A stretch of DNA of 64,000 nt from an uncultured SAR116 cluster alpha proteobacterium (GCA_902623185.1 CACNSW010000002.1:23654-87653), one strand, 5' to 3'. Counted from the first letter of the stretch, positions 49,633 through 60,407 are shown. Made by a program: numbers and translations. The notes: generated by a model not told the origin, from the letters alone.

Positions 49633-50580
49633 TCAAAAAAGTGTCAAAAGAGAGTCCAGATCATCGGGGTTATCCAAATTCGCTATCGTCTTTTCACGAA
49701 ACGTGCGTTTGGCTAAACTAGAGAGCACTCTGCCACTGCCAATCTCAATGAAAACACTTGCGCCAGCCGCATCAAGCGCCAGTAACGTCTCATGCCATCG
49801 AACTCGGCCTGTTACTTGTTTTATTAAATTCGCTTTAAGAGCATCAACCGCTTGTTCACCTGCCGCAGTGACATTGCAGAAAACCGGCAAGGTGGCGGCC
49901 TTAAGGTCGATATCCGCCAATGCGGCCGCCATTACGTCAGCTGCCGGCGCCATTAGATCACAATGGAAAGGAGCGCTGACAGGCAACTTGATGACCCTGC
50001 GCAAATTCTTTGCGCGCGCGATTTCAATAGCTTTGTCGACGGCCGCAACAACGCCACTAATGACAACTTGGCCCGGCGCATTGTCGTTGGCTAGTTGAAC
50101 AACCCCCGTCTTATTGGCCACGTCTAAAATTTCATTGATCATAGCCCCATCGGCTCCTAGGATTGCGGCCATCGCCCCCTCACCTACAGCAACAGCGTTC
50201 TGCATGGCATCTCCACGCAATCTAAGCAAACGCGCACCGTCGGCGATTGTTATGCTGCCCGCAGCTGCTAGCGCTGCGTATTCGCCCAAAGAGTGTCCAG
50301 CAGTAAAATCGGCAAGCGTAGGAACCGTTTGTCCAACTCTAGTACACAGAACGGCAAGTGCTGCCATAGAAGTTGCAAATAAGGCCGGTTGCGCGTTGCG
50401 GGTGAGACGAATGGCATCGTCAGGACCGTCGCGCATAACTGCAAAGAGGTCTTCGCCAAGCGCTTCGTTTATCTCCTCAAAAACCTGCCGGGCTTCAGGA
50501 AAAGCTGTTGCCAAGGCACCGCCCATGCCAATGGTCTGTGATCCCTGGCCAGGGAATTGAAACACAACTTTTTTGCTCAA
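49633..50580 (-). CDS. fabD: Malonyl CoA-ACP transacylase
   Basis: FPGQGSQ, GHSLGEY (active-site Ser) and VSAPFH. Confidence 0.94.
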   Translation of the reverse strand: MSKKVVFQFPGQGSQTIGMGGALATAFPEARQVFEEINEALGEDLFAVMRDGPDDAIRLTRNAQPALFATSMAALAVLCTRVGQTVPTLADFTAGHSLGEYAALAAAGSITIADGARLLRLRGDAMQNAVAVGEGAMAAILGADGAMINEILDVANKTGVVQLANDNAPGQVVISGVVAAVDKAIEIARAKNLRRVIKLPVSAPFHCDLMAPAADVMAAALADIDLKAATLPVFCNVTAAGEQAVDALKANLIKQVTGRVRWHETLLALDAAGASVFIEIGSGRVLSSLAKRTFREKTIANLDNPDDLDSLLTLF

Positions 50581-50870
50581 GTTTAGATCTCCAGTTTCTT
50601 AATGGCGAGCAGTTCACTCGAATTCACTGCGCTCGTCACAGACCTTTTCGCGGTACTTGTGTCGCCATCTTCATCTTTGCAAAATGGTGATTCCATATCT
50701 GGTGATTAAGATCAAGTTGTGAGACGATGAAACTCGAATATGCTTGTTGCGTGCTGTTGGCGTAGCAAACGCTTGCATGGGCAAAATTTTCGTGTATTGT
50801 CCCGCCAATCTGTGGATCTGAAGCAAATGCGAGAGTTCCACGTTAATTTGACACATTTGTATTTTCCTTG

Positions 50871-50931
50871 CCGGGAAACCGGTTGGTCGGTAACCAAAAG
50901 GTAACTGACGGTTAGCCAGAAGGAGTAGTCC
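50871..50931 (+). promoter_or_regulatory. Structured 5' leader of rpsF (possible S6:S18 autoregulatory element)
   Basis: CCGG-GAAA-CCGG (50871-50882) and TTGGT-cggta-ACCAA (50883-50897) hairpins lie directly upstream of the AGGAG RBS. Assignment to the published rpsF leader motif is not verified. Confidence 0.25.
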
Positions 50932-51372
50932 ATGCGCTTATACGAAAGCGTGTTTATTGCACGTCAGGATATTTCCATAGTCCAGGTCGAGGCTATGGCA
51001 GACGAATTTACCGGTATCATTAAGTCGACAGGTGGTTCGGTTCAAAAACGTGAATATTGGGGGCTGCGGTCTCTTGCCTACCGTATCAAAAAGAATCGGA
51101 AGGGGCACTATATGATGTTTAACTTTGAAACCGATTCGGAAACGCTTAAGGAATACGAACGTGTCATGGGCCTAAACGAGGATGTGCTGCGCTACCTGAA
51201 CATGCGTATTGAAAAAGTCGAAGAAGGCCCATCCATAATCATGCAAAGCAAAAATGAGCGTCCGTCTCGGGGTCCACGGGACGGTGGTCGTGACGATGAC
51301 CGCGAAGAAGCCAGCAATGGATCCGCGATGCCAAACGGCGATGATGGCGCTATCCAAAGTATTGAGGAGTAA
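50932..51372 (+). CDS. rpsF: 30S ribosomal protein S6
   Basis: MRLYESVFI...REYWGLRSLAYRIKK, with an acidic C-terminal extension. Confidence 0.96.
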   Translation: MRLYESVFIARQDISIVQVEAMADEFTGIIKSTGGSVQKREYWGLRSLAYRIKKNRKGHYMMFNFETDSETLKEYERVMGLNEDVLRYLNMRIEKVEEGPSIIMQSKNERPSRGPRDGGRDDDREEASNGSAMPNGDDGAIQSIEE

Positions 51373-51375
51373 GTC

Positions 51376-51630
51376 ATGACACAACTCGAAATCAAACGAG
51401 AAGCCATCCGCAAGCCTTTCAGCCGCCGCCGCAAATCTTGCCCATTCTCCGGTCCTAATGCCCCAGCCATTGATTACAAGGACATAAAGCTGCTGTCACG
51501 CTATACATCCGAGCGAGGAAAGATCGTGCCATCGCGCATTTCTGCAGTGTCCGCAAAAAAGCAGCGGGAACTGGCCACAGCCATAAAGCGATCGCGCTTC
51601 TTAGCACTCATGCCTTACGTCACTTCTTAA
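51376..51630 (+). CDS. rpsR: 30S ribosomal protein S18
   Basis: [24 protein letters not shown]. Confidence 0.96.
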   Translation: MTQLEIKREAIRKPFSRRRKSCPFSGPNAPAIDYKDIKLLSRYTSERGKIVPSRISAVSAKKQRELATAIKRSRFLALMPYVTS

Positions 51631-51659
51631 ATTAGCGCCTAGTAATAAGGAAACAAAAA

Positions 51660-52316
51660 ATGCAGATTATCTTGCTTGAACGCGTAGAAAAGCTGGGCCA
51701 GATGGGCGATCTTGTAAATGTAAAACCAGGTTATGCACGAAACTATCTTTTGCCTCAGGGCAAAGCGCTCCGGGCTAACAAAGCCAACCTTGAACGGTTC
51801 GAAGCCGAAAAGACACAGCGTGAAGCAGACAATCTCAGTCGCCGTAGCGAAGCCGAGAAAGAAGCCGACAAGATGTTAGGCCTTGCTGTTAGTATGGTGC
51901 GAGCTGCCTCCGAAATGGGCCAATTATTCGGGTCTGTAACGTCGCGTGATATTGCCGAGGGAATTACCCAAGCAGGTTTCACCATTCAGCGCGACCAGGT
52001 TATTATGAATAAGTCTATAAAGACGCTCGGTCTTCACGAAATACGCATCAGCCTTCATCCCGAAGTTTTGGTTACAGTCGTGGTGAATGTGGCACGTTCG
52101 CTTGATGAGGCTGAAACACAATTGAAAACCGGTATTGCGGTGACTGGTGGCGTTAAGGATATCGACGATGAGCCGGATGCTATCGCTGAAGCCGTTGCCG
52201 TAGTTGAAAAAGTCGAAGCAGATGAGGCAGTAGCCGCCAACGAGGACGACATCGAAGCAGATAAGGCTGCTAAATTTGAGAGTGATGAACAGGCAATGGA
52301 AGAGACACTGAGATAG
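51660..52316 (+). CDS. rplI: 50S ribosomal protein L9 (with a roughly 60-aa acidic C-terminal extension)
   Basis: [30 protein letters not shown]. Confidence 0.95.
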   Translation: MQIILLERVEKLGQMGDLVNVKPGYARNYLLPQGKALRANKANLERFEAEKTQREADNLSRRSEAEKEADKMLGLAVSMVRAASEMGQLFGSVTSRDIAEGITQAGFTIQRDQVIMNKSIKTLGLHEIRISLHPEVLVTVVVNVARSLDEAETQLKTGIAVTGGVKDIDDEPDAIAEAVAVVEKVEADEAVAANEDDIEADKAAKFESDEQAMEETLR

Positions 52317-52341
52317 CCATTAACATAAAATTTTCGACTCA

Positions 52342-52367
52342 AAGCCATGCCAACGCTTGGCTTTTTT
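52342..52367 (+). terminator. Rho-independent terminator after rplI
   Basis: AAGCCA-10 nt-TGGCTT followed by a T-run. Confidence 0.55.
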
Positions 52368-52444
52368 ATCAAAGAACCAACTTATCCCCAATGTCCGCGA
52401 TCTTAACAGTGCGCGGCTGCTAAAAAAATTGCTATCATAATTTC

Positions 52445-53941
52445 ATGGCAGAGGAACCGAGCAACATCAAGAGCTTCCCGGGGGCTGGCACAGGACAGCA
52501 AAGCAGACGCGTGCCGCAAAATTTGCCAGCTGAACAAAATCTACTTGGCGCCATCCTTTTAGACAACAATACAATCGAACGCATAGACGACCGGCTACAG
52601 GCAGACCATTTCTACGACCCACTTCATGGCCGAATCTTCAGCTCCATGTCACGCCTTATTGAACGGGGTCAGCTCGCGAATCCGGTAACGCTGAAATCCT
52701 TTTTCTCAGCTGAGGACGATTTCACAAACATCAATGCCGAGGAATATCTGGGGGAGCTTGCTGATGGTGTTATCAGCATTGCGCAGGCTCCTGATTATGC
52801 CACCACCATTTATGAAGCGCATATTCGCCGAGAATTGATTTCAATTGGCGATACCGTCATTTACGACGCCAGCCATCCAGATGTTGATGTACCAGCTAGC
52901 ACCCAAATTGAGACCGCTGAAGCAGCCCTTTATAGGCTTGCAGAAACCAATCAGTCGGGATCAGGACTTCGGAATTTTGATAGTATTATTGCAGCCTCAA
53001 TCAATCAGGCCGACATAGCTCGTAAGAGTGATGGCAATTTGTCTGGGACCAGTACCGGCCTGACCGATCTCAATAATTTGCTCGGCGGCTTGCATCGGTC
53101 CGACTTGATCATCCTTGCCGGGCGCCCGGCAATGGGCAAAACTGCGCTGGCGACCAATATGGCATTTCATGCCGCGACCACGACTCGAACCGGTGAAATG
53201 GCAGCACCTGTTGCGTTTTTCTCACTAGAAATGGCGGCCGAGCAACTAGGCACACGAATTCTGAGTGAACGTGCGCAAATTGCCTCAGAACAAATCCGTG
53301 GCGGCAAGCTAAATGGCGAAGAGTTTGATCGGCTGATCACCGCAAGCAACAACATATCAGCGGCACCTTTTTTTATTGATGACACGCCCTCACTCTCTGT
53401 TTCGCAGCTTGCTAGCCGCGCAAGGAGGATGAAGCGTAAAGAAGGTTTGGGTTTGATTGTTGTCGATTATCTACAACTCCTTACTCCTCAATTAGGTGTG
53501 CGTGCGGAAAACCGCGTACAAGAGATTTCCAATATCAGCCGATCACTAAAAGCCATCGCCAAGGAGTTGGATGTCCCTGTGCTAGCGCTCTCGCAACTTT
53601 CCCGTGCAGTTGAACAGCGCGAGGACAAGCGGCCAAATTTGGCTGACCTTCGAGAATCTGGTTCGATTGAGCAGGATGCTGATGTAGTGATGTTTGTCTA
53701 TCGAGAAGAATATTATCTGAGCAAGCGCGAACCCGAGCAGGGTGTGCGCGACACCATGGAAGATTACAACGCCAAGCATGAGATTTGGCTTCAAAGAATG
53801 CAATCCACCGAAAACAAGGCCGAGGTTATTGTGGGTAAACAGCGCCACGGTCCAATCGGATCAGTAAATCTGCATTTTGAAAAGCAGTTTACCCATTTCA
53901 GCGATTTAAAGGACAGCACACATATGCCAGATGCGTTCTAG
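52445..53941 (+). CDS. dnaB: Replicative DNA helicase DnaB
   Basis: AEQNLLGAIL, Walker A GRPAMGKT and LSQLSRAVEQR. Confidence 0.95.
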   Translation: MAEEPSNIKSFPGAGTGQQSRRVPQNLPAEQNLLGAILLDNNTIERIDDRLQADHFYDPLHGRIFSSMSRLIERGQLANPVTLKSFFSAEDDFTNINAEEYLGELADGVISIAQAPDYATTIYEAHIRRELISIGDTVIYDASHPDVDVPASTQIETAEAALYRLAETNQSGSGLRNFDSIIAASINQADIARKSDGNLSGTSTGLTDLNNLLGGLHRSDLIILAGRPAMGKTALATNMAFHAATTTRTGEMAAPVAFFSLEMAAEQLGTRILSERAQIASEQIRGGKLNGEEFDRLITASNNISAAPFFIDDTPSLSVSQLASRARRMKRKEGLGLIVVDYLQLLTPQLGVRAENRVQEISNISRSLKAIAKELDVPVLALSQLSRAVEQREDKRPNLADLRESGSIEQDADVVMFVYREEYYLSKREPEQGVRDTMEDYNAKHEIWLQRMQSTENKAEVIVGKQRHGPIGSVNLHFEKQFTHFSDLKDSTHMPDAF

Positions 53942-53986
53942 CATCGAGTTGCATATAGGGATGCCATCAGTATAGGATGAGTCGTT

Positions 53987-55138
53987 TTGCAGCATTTGTT
54001 TGGTTCAGCTGACAGTCTGATTACCGTCGACCTCGACGCAATTGCTGCAAATTGGCGTTTTCTGGACAGTTTGTCTGCCCCATCGACAGTGACAGCCGCT
54101 GTAGTCAAAGCAAATGCCTATGGCCTCGGCGCCGATATTATCGCTCCGCACCTCGCCACTGCAGGTTGCGAAGTCTTTTTTGTGATGTCACTCGATGAGG
54201 GTGTGCAGTTGCGCCAGAACTTGCGCCTTGCCGGGTTTGAAAGGCTACCTGTTTTCTGTCTTTCCGGCTGCCATGCAGGACAGGAAGATGACTTTCTTGC
54301 CAACGAATTGTCGCCGGTTATCAATGATCTTGGTCAGGTCGCACGACTTGGAATGCTTAGCAAGCGACATAATGTTTCCATTCCGGCAGCATTGCACATT
54401 GACACCGGTATGACGCGACTTGGCCTTAGCCCGGACGAAACGGAATGGCTAATTGAACATATGCAGGATGGAGTTAACGCATTAGAAGGGATTAATTTGG
54501 TTTATCTAATGAGTCATCTTAGTAACGCGGAAATTGCAGCCTCGCCCAGCAATACAAGTCAGCTAGCTGCTTTTGCCACGCTACGGCCCTGTTTTGCAAG
54601 TGCCAGAGCTAGTCTTGCCAATAGCGGCGGTGTACTACTCGACGATGCTTTCCACTTCGACATGACGAGACCCGGAATCGCGCTCTATGGCGTGCATCCA
54701 GCCGGTGCACCGACATCAACCGAACGGGGCAAATTACTTAAATCTGTGGTGAACTGGGATGCCCGCATCCTGCAGCTACGGGTTGCTAACACAGGCGATG
54801 CTGTTGGCTATGGCGGCACGCATGTCTTAACTCGAGACTCATTGGTCGCAATTATTGGTGTGGGCTATGCTGATGGCTATCCGCGTTGCCTAGGCAACAT
54901 CGCTACAGCACAGATCGATAATTATGTCGTCCCCGTCATTGGCCGCATTTCAATGGACAGCATGGCGCTCGATGTAACCGATGTGCCAGAGGAAAAGATC
55001 CGAGCCGCTACCTCCGCACGGCTACTTGGTCAGCATTATGATACCAGCATGATGGCGCGTGATGCCGGCACCATCGGTTATGAAATTTTGACCGGTATTG
55101 GCAAACGCCCCGCACGCCGATTTCTTGGCCAGGGCTGA
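53987..55138 (+). CDS. alr: Alanine racemase
   Basis: PLP-lysine context AVVKANAYG and the body of the alanine racemase fold; TTG start. Confidence 0.88.
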   Translation: MQHLFGSADSLITVDLDAIAANWRFLDSLSAPSTVTAAVVKANAYGLGADIIAPHLATAGCEVFFVMSLDEGVQLRQNLRLAGFERLPVFCLSGCHAGQEDDFLANELSPVINDLGQVARLGMLSKRHNVSIPAALHIDTGMTRLGLSPDETEWLIEHMQDGVNALEGINLVYLMSHLSNAEIAASPSNTSQLAAFATLRPCFASARASLANSGGVLLDDAFHFDMTRPGIALYGVHPAGAPTSTERGKLLKSVVNWDARILQLRVANTGDAVGYGGTHVLTRDSLVAIIGVGYADGYPRCLGNIATAQIDNYVVPVIGRISMDSMALDVTDVPEEKIRAATSARLLGQHYDTSMMARDAGTIGYEILTGIGKRPARRFLGQG

Positions 55139-55266
55139 TAATACAAACAATTGTCTATAGCCAAAACTGGCAAATGGCTGCATAACTATAGCTTGTCTAG
55201 GCGCGGCAACGCTGTCCTCCGACGAAGTGAGCCGGTTTCTCTGGTACTGTCAATCGAGAGGGGAAA

Positions 55267-56040
55267 ATGATCAGCTTTCTGCAGAACATTGGACAGGCAG
55301 CCCTGGGGTTTTTTGCTTCGTTTGGTCGGATCGCGCTGTTCACCACAAATGCTGTGCGATGGACACTTCTACCGCCTTATTATTTGCGGCAATTTCTCCG
55401 ACAACTGCTCGACATTGGCTTTTTCTCGCTTCCAGTGGTAGGCTTGACCACTTTGTTCTCGGGCATGGTGCTGGCTCTCCAATCCTACACGGGTTTTGCG
55501 CGTTTTTCCGCCGAGGATACGGTTGCGACTGTAGTTGTGCTGTCGGTCACGCGCGAATTGGGTCCAGTTTTGGCAGGTCTTATGGTCGCCGGGAGAGTCG
55601 GCGCCTCGATAGCAGCAGAGATTGGCACAATGCGGGTAACGGACCAGATTGACGCGCTAGACACGCTTTCGACGCGGCCAATGCAATATTTGGTTGCACC
55701 ACGCATTCTGGCAGGAATGATCTGCCTTCCCTTTCTGGTTCTTGTCGGGGATCTAATAGGAGTTTTTGGTGGCTACATCGTCGGTGTCTACCGCCTTGAT
55801 TTTAACCCATCCATCTATCTGTCGCGGACACTTGAGTATCTCGAATTTGCTGATGTTGCGATGGGGTTAATCAAGGCTGCGGTTTTCGGTTTCCTTATCG
55901 CGCTAATGGGCTGTTATCATGGCTATTACTCAGGAAGAGGCGCAGAGGGGGTCGGTCGTGCTACGACAAATGCTGTTGTCTCGTCATCTATCCTTATCCT
56001 AATTTCCAACTATCTCGTAACAGTGCTTTTCTTTGGTTAA
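55267..56040 (+). CDS. mlaE: MlaE-family ABC transporter permease
   Basis: MlaE/YrbE-like polytopic permease, 257 aa. Confidence 0.8.
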   Translation: MISFLQNIGQAALGFFASFGRIALFTTNAVRWTLLPPYYLRQFLRQLLDIGFFSLPVVGLTTLFSGMVLALQSYTGFARFSAEDTVATVVVLSVTRELGPVLAGLMVAGRVGASIAAEIGTMRVTDQIDALDTLSTRPMQYLVAPRILAGMICLPFLVLVGDLIGVFGGYIVGVYRLDFNPSIYLSRTLEYLEFADVAMGLIKAAVFGFLIALMGCYHGYYSGRGAEGVGRATTNAVVSSSILILISNYLVTVLFFG

Positions 56041-56061
56041 CGACTTGGGCATTTCATATCT

Positions 56062-56877
56062 ATGACAAAAAAGGCTTACGCAGAAATCAATGAGATGCAA
56101 ACAAAAATTGAAATGCAGAACGTTGTAAAAACCTTTGGTCGCAAAAATGTGCTTAAGGGCATAAATCTCAGCGTCAATGCCAAAGAGTCACTGGCTCTTA
56201 TCGGCACATCAGGTTGTGGCAAGTCGATTACGCTGAAATGTCTGCTTGGTTTAATCACCGCAGACGATGGTTCAATCAAGGTTGATGGTAAAGAAATTTG
56301 TGGAGCTGACCGTAAAACAATGGAGGGGTTGCGACGCAGTTTTGGAATGACTTTTCAATTCGGTGCATTGTTTGACTCCCTTCCAATCTGGGAGAATGTT
56401 ACCTTTCGCTTGCGTAAACAGCAGAAGATGAGTCGGAATGATGCCCGTGACCTTGCCGTCGAAACAATTACCCAGCTTGGGCTGTCACCGCAGGTCATCG
56501 ACCAATATCCAGCTGAATTGTCAGGAGGGATGCAAAAGCGGGTTGCATTGGCACGGGCCATCGCTGACAAACCGGAAATTCTGCTTTTTGACGAGCCGAC
56601 ATCAGGACTTGATCCAATCACAGGTGGAGTTATTGACCGGTTGATCATTGACGCTGTTAAACGTTTAGGTGCAACAGCGATGACAATCAGTCATGATATG
56701 GCTTCGGTAAGGCGGATCGCAGACAAGGTAGCGATGATCCATAATGGGGTAATCATTTGGTCTGGAAAAGTTACAGAGATGGACGATACGGGTATTCCGG
56801 AGGTAAACCAATTCGTACATGGCCTATCGGAAGGTCCGCTGACTTTAGCTGCCAAGGAAGAGGCGTGGCGGGGATAA
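56062..56877 (+). CDS. mlaF: MlaF-like ABC transporter ATP-binding protein
   Basis: Walker A GTSGCGKS, signature LSGGMQKR and Walker B ILLFDEP. Confidence 0.82.
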   Translation: MTKKAYAEINEMQTKIEMQNVVKTFGRKNVLKGINLSVNAKESLALIGTSGCGKSITLKCLLGLITADDGSIKVDGKEICGADRKTMEGLRRSFGMTFQFGALFDSLPIWENVTFRLRKQQKMSRNDARDLAVETITQLGLSPQVIDQYPAELSGGMQKRVALARAIADKPEILLFDEPTSGLDPITGGVIDRLIIDAVKRLGATAMTISHDMASVRRIADKVAMIHNGVIIWSGKVTEMDDTGIPEVNQFVHGLSEGPLTLAAKEEAWRG

Positions 56878-58247
56878 TGGCTAAAACCTCCGTCAGTTTT
56901 GTCTGTCAGGAATGCGGTGGGAAGCACCGTAAATGGTCAGGGCGGTGCGATCATTGCGAGGCGTGGAATACCATCTCCGAGGAACGCGAGGAAATCATCG
57001 CTGGACCAAGCAAACTTGCCATTGGTCGGCGCATTGACATGCAATCGCTAGCAATGGACCCCAAGACCGAACCTATTCAGCGGATGATAACCGGTTTCGA
57101 AGAGTTTGATCGGGTTTCGGGTGGTGGTCTGGTCCCGGGCTCAGCGCTTCTGATCGGTGGCGATCCCGGAATTGGCAAATCAACCCTGCTTTTGCAGTTG
57201 GTATGTCAGTTGGCTAAGGCAGGGGTACGAAGCGCCTACATCTCCGGCGAGGAGTCAGCCAATCAGATTAGGATGCGAGCCAAGCGCCTCAGTCTTAGCG
57301 AAGCGAAAGTTGAACTGGCAACAGCGACAAATGCCAGCGACATAGCCGCCTCCATGGGAGGCGCGAATGGCCCTGCAGTGATTGTTATTGACTCGATCCA
57401 AACGATGTTCTTGCCAACTCTGGATTCGGCCCCTGGAACCGTCTCACAGGTCCGGGCCAGTGCACAAGAACTAATCAGAACAGCAAAACAGCACAATGCG
57501 GCTTTGCTAATTGTTGGGCACGTGACAAAGGACGGAGCTATTGCCGGCCCGCGTGTGCTTGAGCATATGGTCGACACCGTGTTGTATTTTGAGGGCGATA
57601 GATCACACCATTTTCGTATTCTTAGAGGGGTAAAAAACCGGTTTGGTGCAACAGATGAAATAGGTGTCTTTGAAATGGTCGAGGCTGGTCTTGCTGAGAT
57701 ACCAAACCCGTCCGAATTGTTTTTAGCTGACCGGCGCGAGGATGTAACCGGGGCCGTGGTCTTTGCTGGCATCGAAGGAAGTCGCCCGCTTCTGGTAGAA
57801 ATTGAAGCACTGGTTGCGCCCTCCTCGCTCGCATCGCCGCGACGTAATGTCGTTGGCTGGGATAGCAGTAGATTGGCGATGCTTACCGCTATTTTGGAAG
57901 CGAGATGTGGTATTCCACTTTCAGGTAAAGATATTTTCCTAAATGTCGCCGGTGGCTTAAAAATTTCTGAAACTGCCGCTGATCTTGCGGTTGCCGCCGC
58001 GCTGATCTCATCTGTAACTGGCCGTGCTTCGCCGGCTCGAACAGTTTTCTTCGGCGAAATCGCGCTTTCAGCAGAGTTGCGAAAGGTAGCAAACGCCGGG
58101 ACGCGTCTTAAGGAGGCTGCTAAATTAGGCTTTGAAAAAGCAGTTTTGCCACTTACCCAAAAAAAATTGCTTGCACCCAAAGGAATTTCGCTGGCACAAC
58201 CAGCGACGTTGACCGAATTGATCGAGATTATAGGTGGCGAGTTTTGA
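56877..58247 (+). CDS. radA: DNA repair protein RadA
   Basis: Zinc finger CQECG...CDHC, Walker A GDPGIGKST, KNRFG and a Lon-like C-terminal domain. ATG 56877 overlaps the mlaF TAA (TAATG); the track ORF starts at 56757. Confidence 0.94.
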   Translation: MAKTSVSFVCQECGGKHRKWSGRCDHCEAWNTISEEREEIIAGPSKLAIGRRIDMQSLAMDPKTEPIQRMITGFEEFDRVSGGGLVPGSALLIGGDPGIGKSTLLLQLVCQLAKAGVRSAYISGEESANQIRMRAKRLSLSEAKVELATATNASDIAASMGGANGPAVIVIDSIQTMFLPTLDSAPGTVSQVRASAQELIRTAKQHNAALLIVGHVTKDGAIAGPRVLEHMVDTVLYFEGDRSHHFRILRGVKNRFGATDEIGVFEMVEAGLAEIPNPSELFLADRREDVTGAVVFAGIEGSRPLLVEIEALVAPSSLASPRRNVVGWDSSRLAMLTAILEARCGIPLSGKDIFLNVAGGLKISETAADLAVAAALISSVTGRASPARTVFFGEIALSAELRKVANAGTRLKEAAKLGFEKAVLPLTQKKLLAPKGISLAQPATLTELIEIIGGEF

Positions 58248-58275
58248 CCATTACTACAAGCAAGATTCTGCGCCT

Positions 58276-58953
58276 ATGAGCATAGATATTACCACTTTAA
58301 ACGTAATAGACTACGTGATCATCGTTACAATGGTGGTTTCGGCATTGATGTCTATGCTACGGGGCATGACACGAGAATTACTTGGTTTAGTTGGATGGCC
58401 ATTAGCAATATTTTCAACATATTTTGCACAACCGATTGTTAAACCTATTATTACTAAGATAGTTGTTGTTGAAAGCATATCTCAGGCTCTATCTCTAGCA
58501 CTTCCTTTCGCCATTGTTGTAGTTTTATGGTTTGTCATCGCTAGTATGCTATCCCCAAGCCTCAAAAGAGCCGGCTTGAGATCACTTGACAGATGGTTGG
58601 GGATGTTTTTCGGATTTATTCGCGGCTATATCATTGTAATACTTATATACACCGTGGCTTCCGTCGTAATAGATGGAGATGAATATTTGCCTGAAGAGGT
58701 AAAGAATTCTGTTTTTACACCTTATATACAAGCGGGATCAATAGCTCTGGCTCATTACGCACCGAAAGATTATAGGGAACGTATAAAAACCAATATAACT
58801 ACGCCAGCTAACTCTGTTGTCGAAGAACACCAAAATAAGCCAGGGTTCCCAAGAGAAACGGCATCAGGAGTTACGAATGACACCGCCAGAAAATTAGATA
58901 ATAAGAAACCGAACAATTTAAATTTGTTAGAGGATGAGGCTACTAGCCAATGA
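58276..58953 (+). CDS. cvpA: CvpA family membrane protein
   Basis: N-terminal TM bundle in the conserved radA-cvpA-purF context. Start set at ATG 58276. Confidence 0.8.
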   Translation: MSIDITTLNVIDYVIIVTMVVSALMSMLRGMTRELLGLVGWPLAIFSTYFAQPIVKPIITKIVVVESISQALSLALPFAIVVVLWFVIASMLSPSLKRAGLRSLDRWLGMFFGFIRGYIIVILIYTVASVVIDGDEYLPEEVKNSVFTPYIQAGSIALAHYAPKDYRERIKTNITTPANSVVEEHQNKPGFPRETASGVTNDTARKLDNKKPNNLNLLEDEATSQ

Positions 58954-60407
58954 CAAACCCTTTCACCGCGTCGCGCGATAATGATGACAAGTTGAGAGAA
59001 GAATGCGCTGTTTTTGGTATCTATGGTTCTGAAGAGGCAAATGTGCTTACCGCCCTAGGGTTGCATGCGCTGCAGCATCGGGGTCAAGAGGCCTGTGGCA
59101 TCGTCACCTTCGATGGCAATCATTTCCATGCCCATCGGGGGCTTGGTCATGTTGGTGAAAATTTCAATGCTAATTCCGAACATATGGAGGCACTTCCCGG
59201 CCATATCGGCATTGGTCACAACCGCTATTCAACAAGTGGGAAAACCAATGCGATTCTAGAAATACAGCCTTTTTCATCACGGCTTGCCTTTGGCGGCTTC
59301 GCGCTTGCTCATAATGGTAACTTAACAAATGCCGCCCGCCTGCGTTCGTCACTTGTTAATACAGGTAGCCTGTTCCAGTCATCCTCTGATACCGAAATTA
59401 TCGTGCATCTTGTCGCCCGTTCACACCAAGAGAGTGTTACAGATCGACTGGTTGATGCGTTACGGCAGATTGAAGGAGCCTATTCACTGGTCTGCGTCGC
59501 TGATGACATGCTAGTTGGGGTTCGCGATCCCTTCGGCATTCGCCCGTTGGTGTTGGGAGAACGAGACGGCAGCTTCGTTTTGGCATCGGAAACGTGTGCC
59601 CTTGATATTGTAGGTGCTAATTTTATTCGGGATATTGAGCCTGGCGAGGTAGTCGTTATCGACGGCAATGGATTACAATCATTGCACCCTTTTCAGTCTA
59701 AAGTATCTCGTTTCTGCGTCTTTGAATATATCTATTTTGCCCGTCCCGACTCGGTCGTTGAAGGTCGCAGCGTCTATCATGCCCGTAAGGCAATCGGTGC
59801 CGAGCTAGCCAGGGAGTCCAATGTGGACGCTGATATCGTAATCCCAGTTCCCGACTCGGGTGTTCCGGCTGCCCTTGGTTTTTCTGAAGCATCAGGGGTG
59901 CCCCTTGAGCTTGGAATAATCCGCAACCACTACATCGGCAGGACCTTTATTCAGCCAACACAGAAGGGTCGCTCGGATTCTGTCAAACTAAAACATAACG
60001 CCAACCCCGAAGCCGTACGCAACAAACGTGTCGTCTTGGTAGATGATTCAATCGTCCGCGGCACGACATCGCGCAAAATTGTCAATATGATGCGCACTGC
60101 GGGTGCGGCTGAAGTGCATTTGCGAATTGCTAGCCCACCGACTAAAAGCCCTTGTTTTTATGGTGTCGATACGCCAGATCAGGATCAACTTATCGCGGCG
60201 AAGATGACCATAAAGCAGGTCGCTAGAGATATCGATGCCGATAGCCTTTCATTTATCAGTCTTGACGGACTATACCGAGCACTCGGAGAGGTTCGACGTG
60301 ACACAGGGTCACCACAATTCTGCGATGCATGCTTTACCGGCAACTATCCGATCGGTCTAGCAAACGGGCTTAGTGACAAGCGTGTTTCACATGGCAGCAG
60401 TTCCTGA
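58950..60407 (+). CDS. purF: Amidophosphoribosyltransferase (propeptide / Fe-S cluster type)
   Basis: Catalytic Cys in CAVFGIYG after an 18-aa leader, a PRPP loop VLVDDSIVRGTT, and cluster cysteines (SPCFYG, FCDACFTG). Confidence 0.95.
   Translation: MTNPFTASRDNDDKLREECAVFGIYGSEEANVLTALGLHALQHRGQEACGIVTFDGNHFHAHRGLGHVGENFNANSEHMEALPGHIGIGHNRYSTSGKTNAILEIQPFSSRLAFGGFALAHNGNLTNAARLRSSLVNTGSLFQSSSDTEIIVHLVARSHQESVTDRLVDALRQIEGAYSLVCVADDMLVGVRDPFGIRPLVLGERDGSFVLASETCALDIVGANFIRDIEPGEVVVIDGNGLQSLHPFQSKVSRFCVFEYIYFARPDSVVEGRSVYHARKAIGAELARESNVDADIVIPVPDSGVPAALGFSEASGVPLELGIIRNHYIGRTFIQPTQKGRSDSVKLKHNANPEAVRNKRVVLVDDSIVRGTTSRKIVNMMRTAGAAEVHLRIASPPTKSPCFYGVDTPDQDQLIAAKMTIKQVARDIDADSLSFISLDGLYRALGEVRRDTGSPQFCDACFTGNYPIGLANGLSDKRVSHGSSS

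Noticed and set aside
57263-58180. 305-aa ORF antisense to radA. Similar long antisense ORFs lie at 60415-61002 (in the SDR gene), 1515-2162 (ribD), 49703-50560 (fabD) and 45584-46027 (clpX).
   Set aside because: These are Ala/Arg/Ser/Pro-rich shadow ORFs typical of the reverse strand of GC-richer genes. The sense-strand genes carry unambiguous family motifs.
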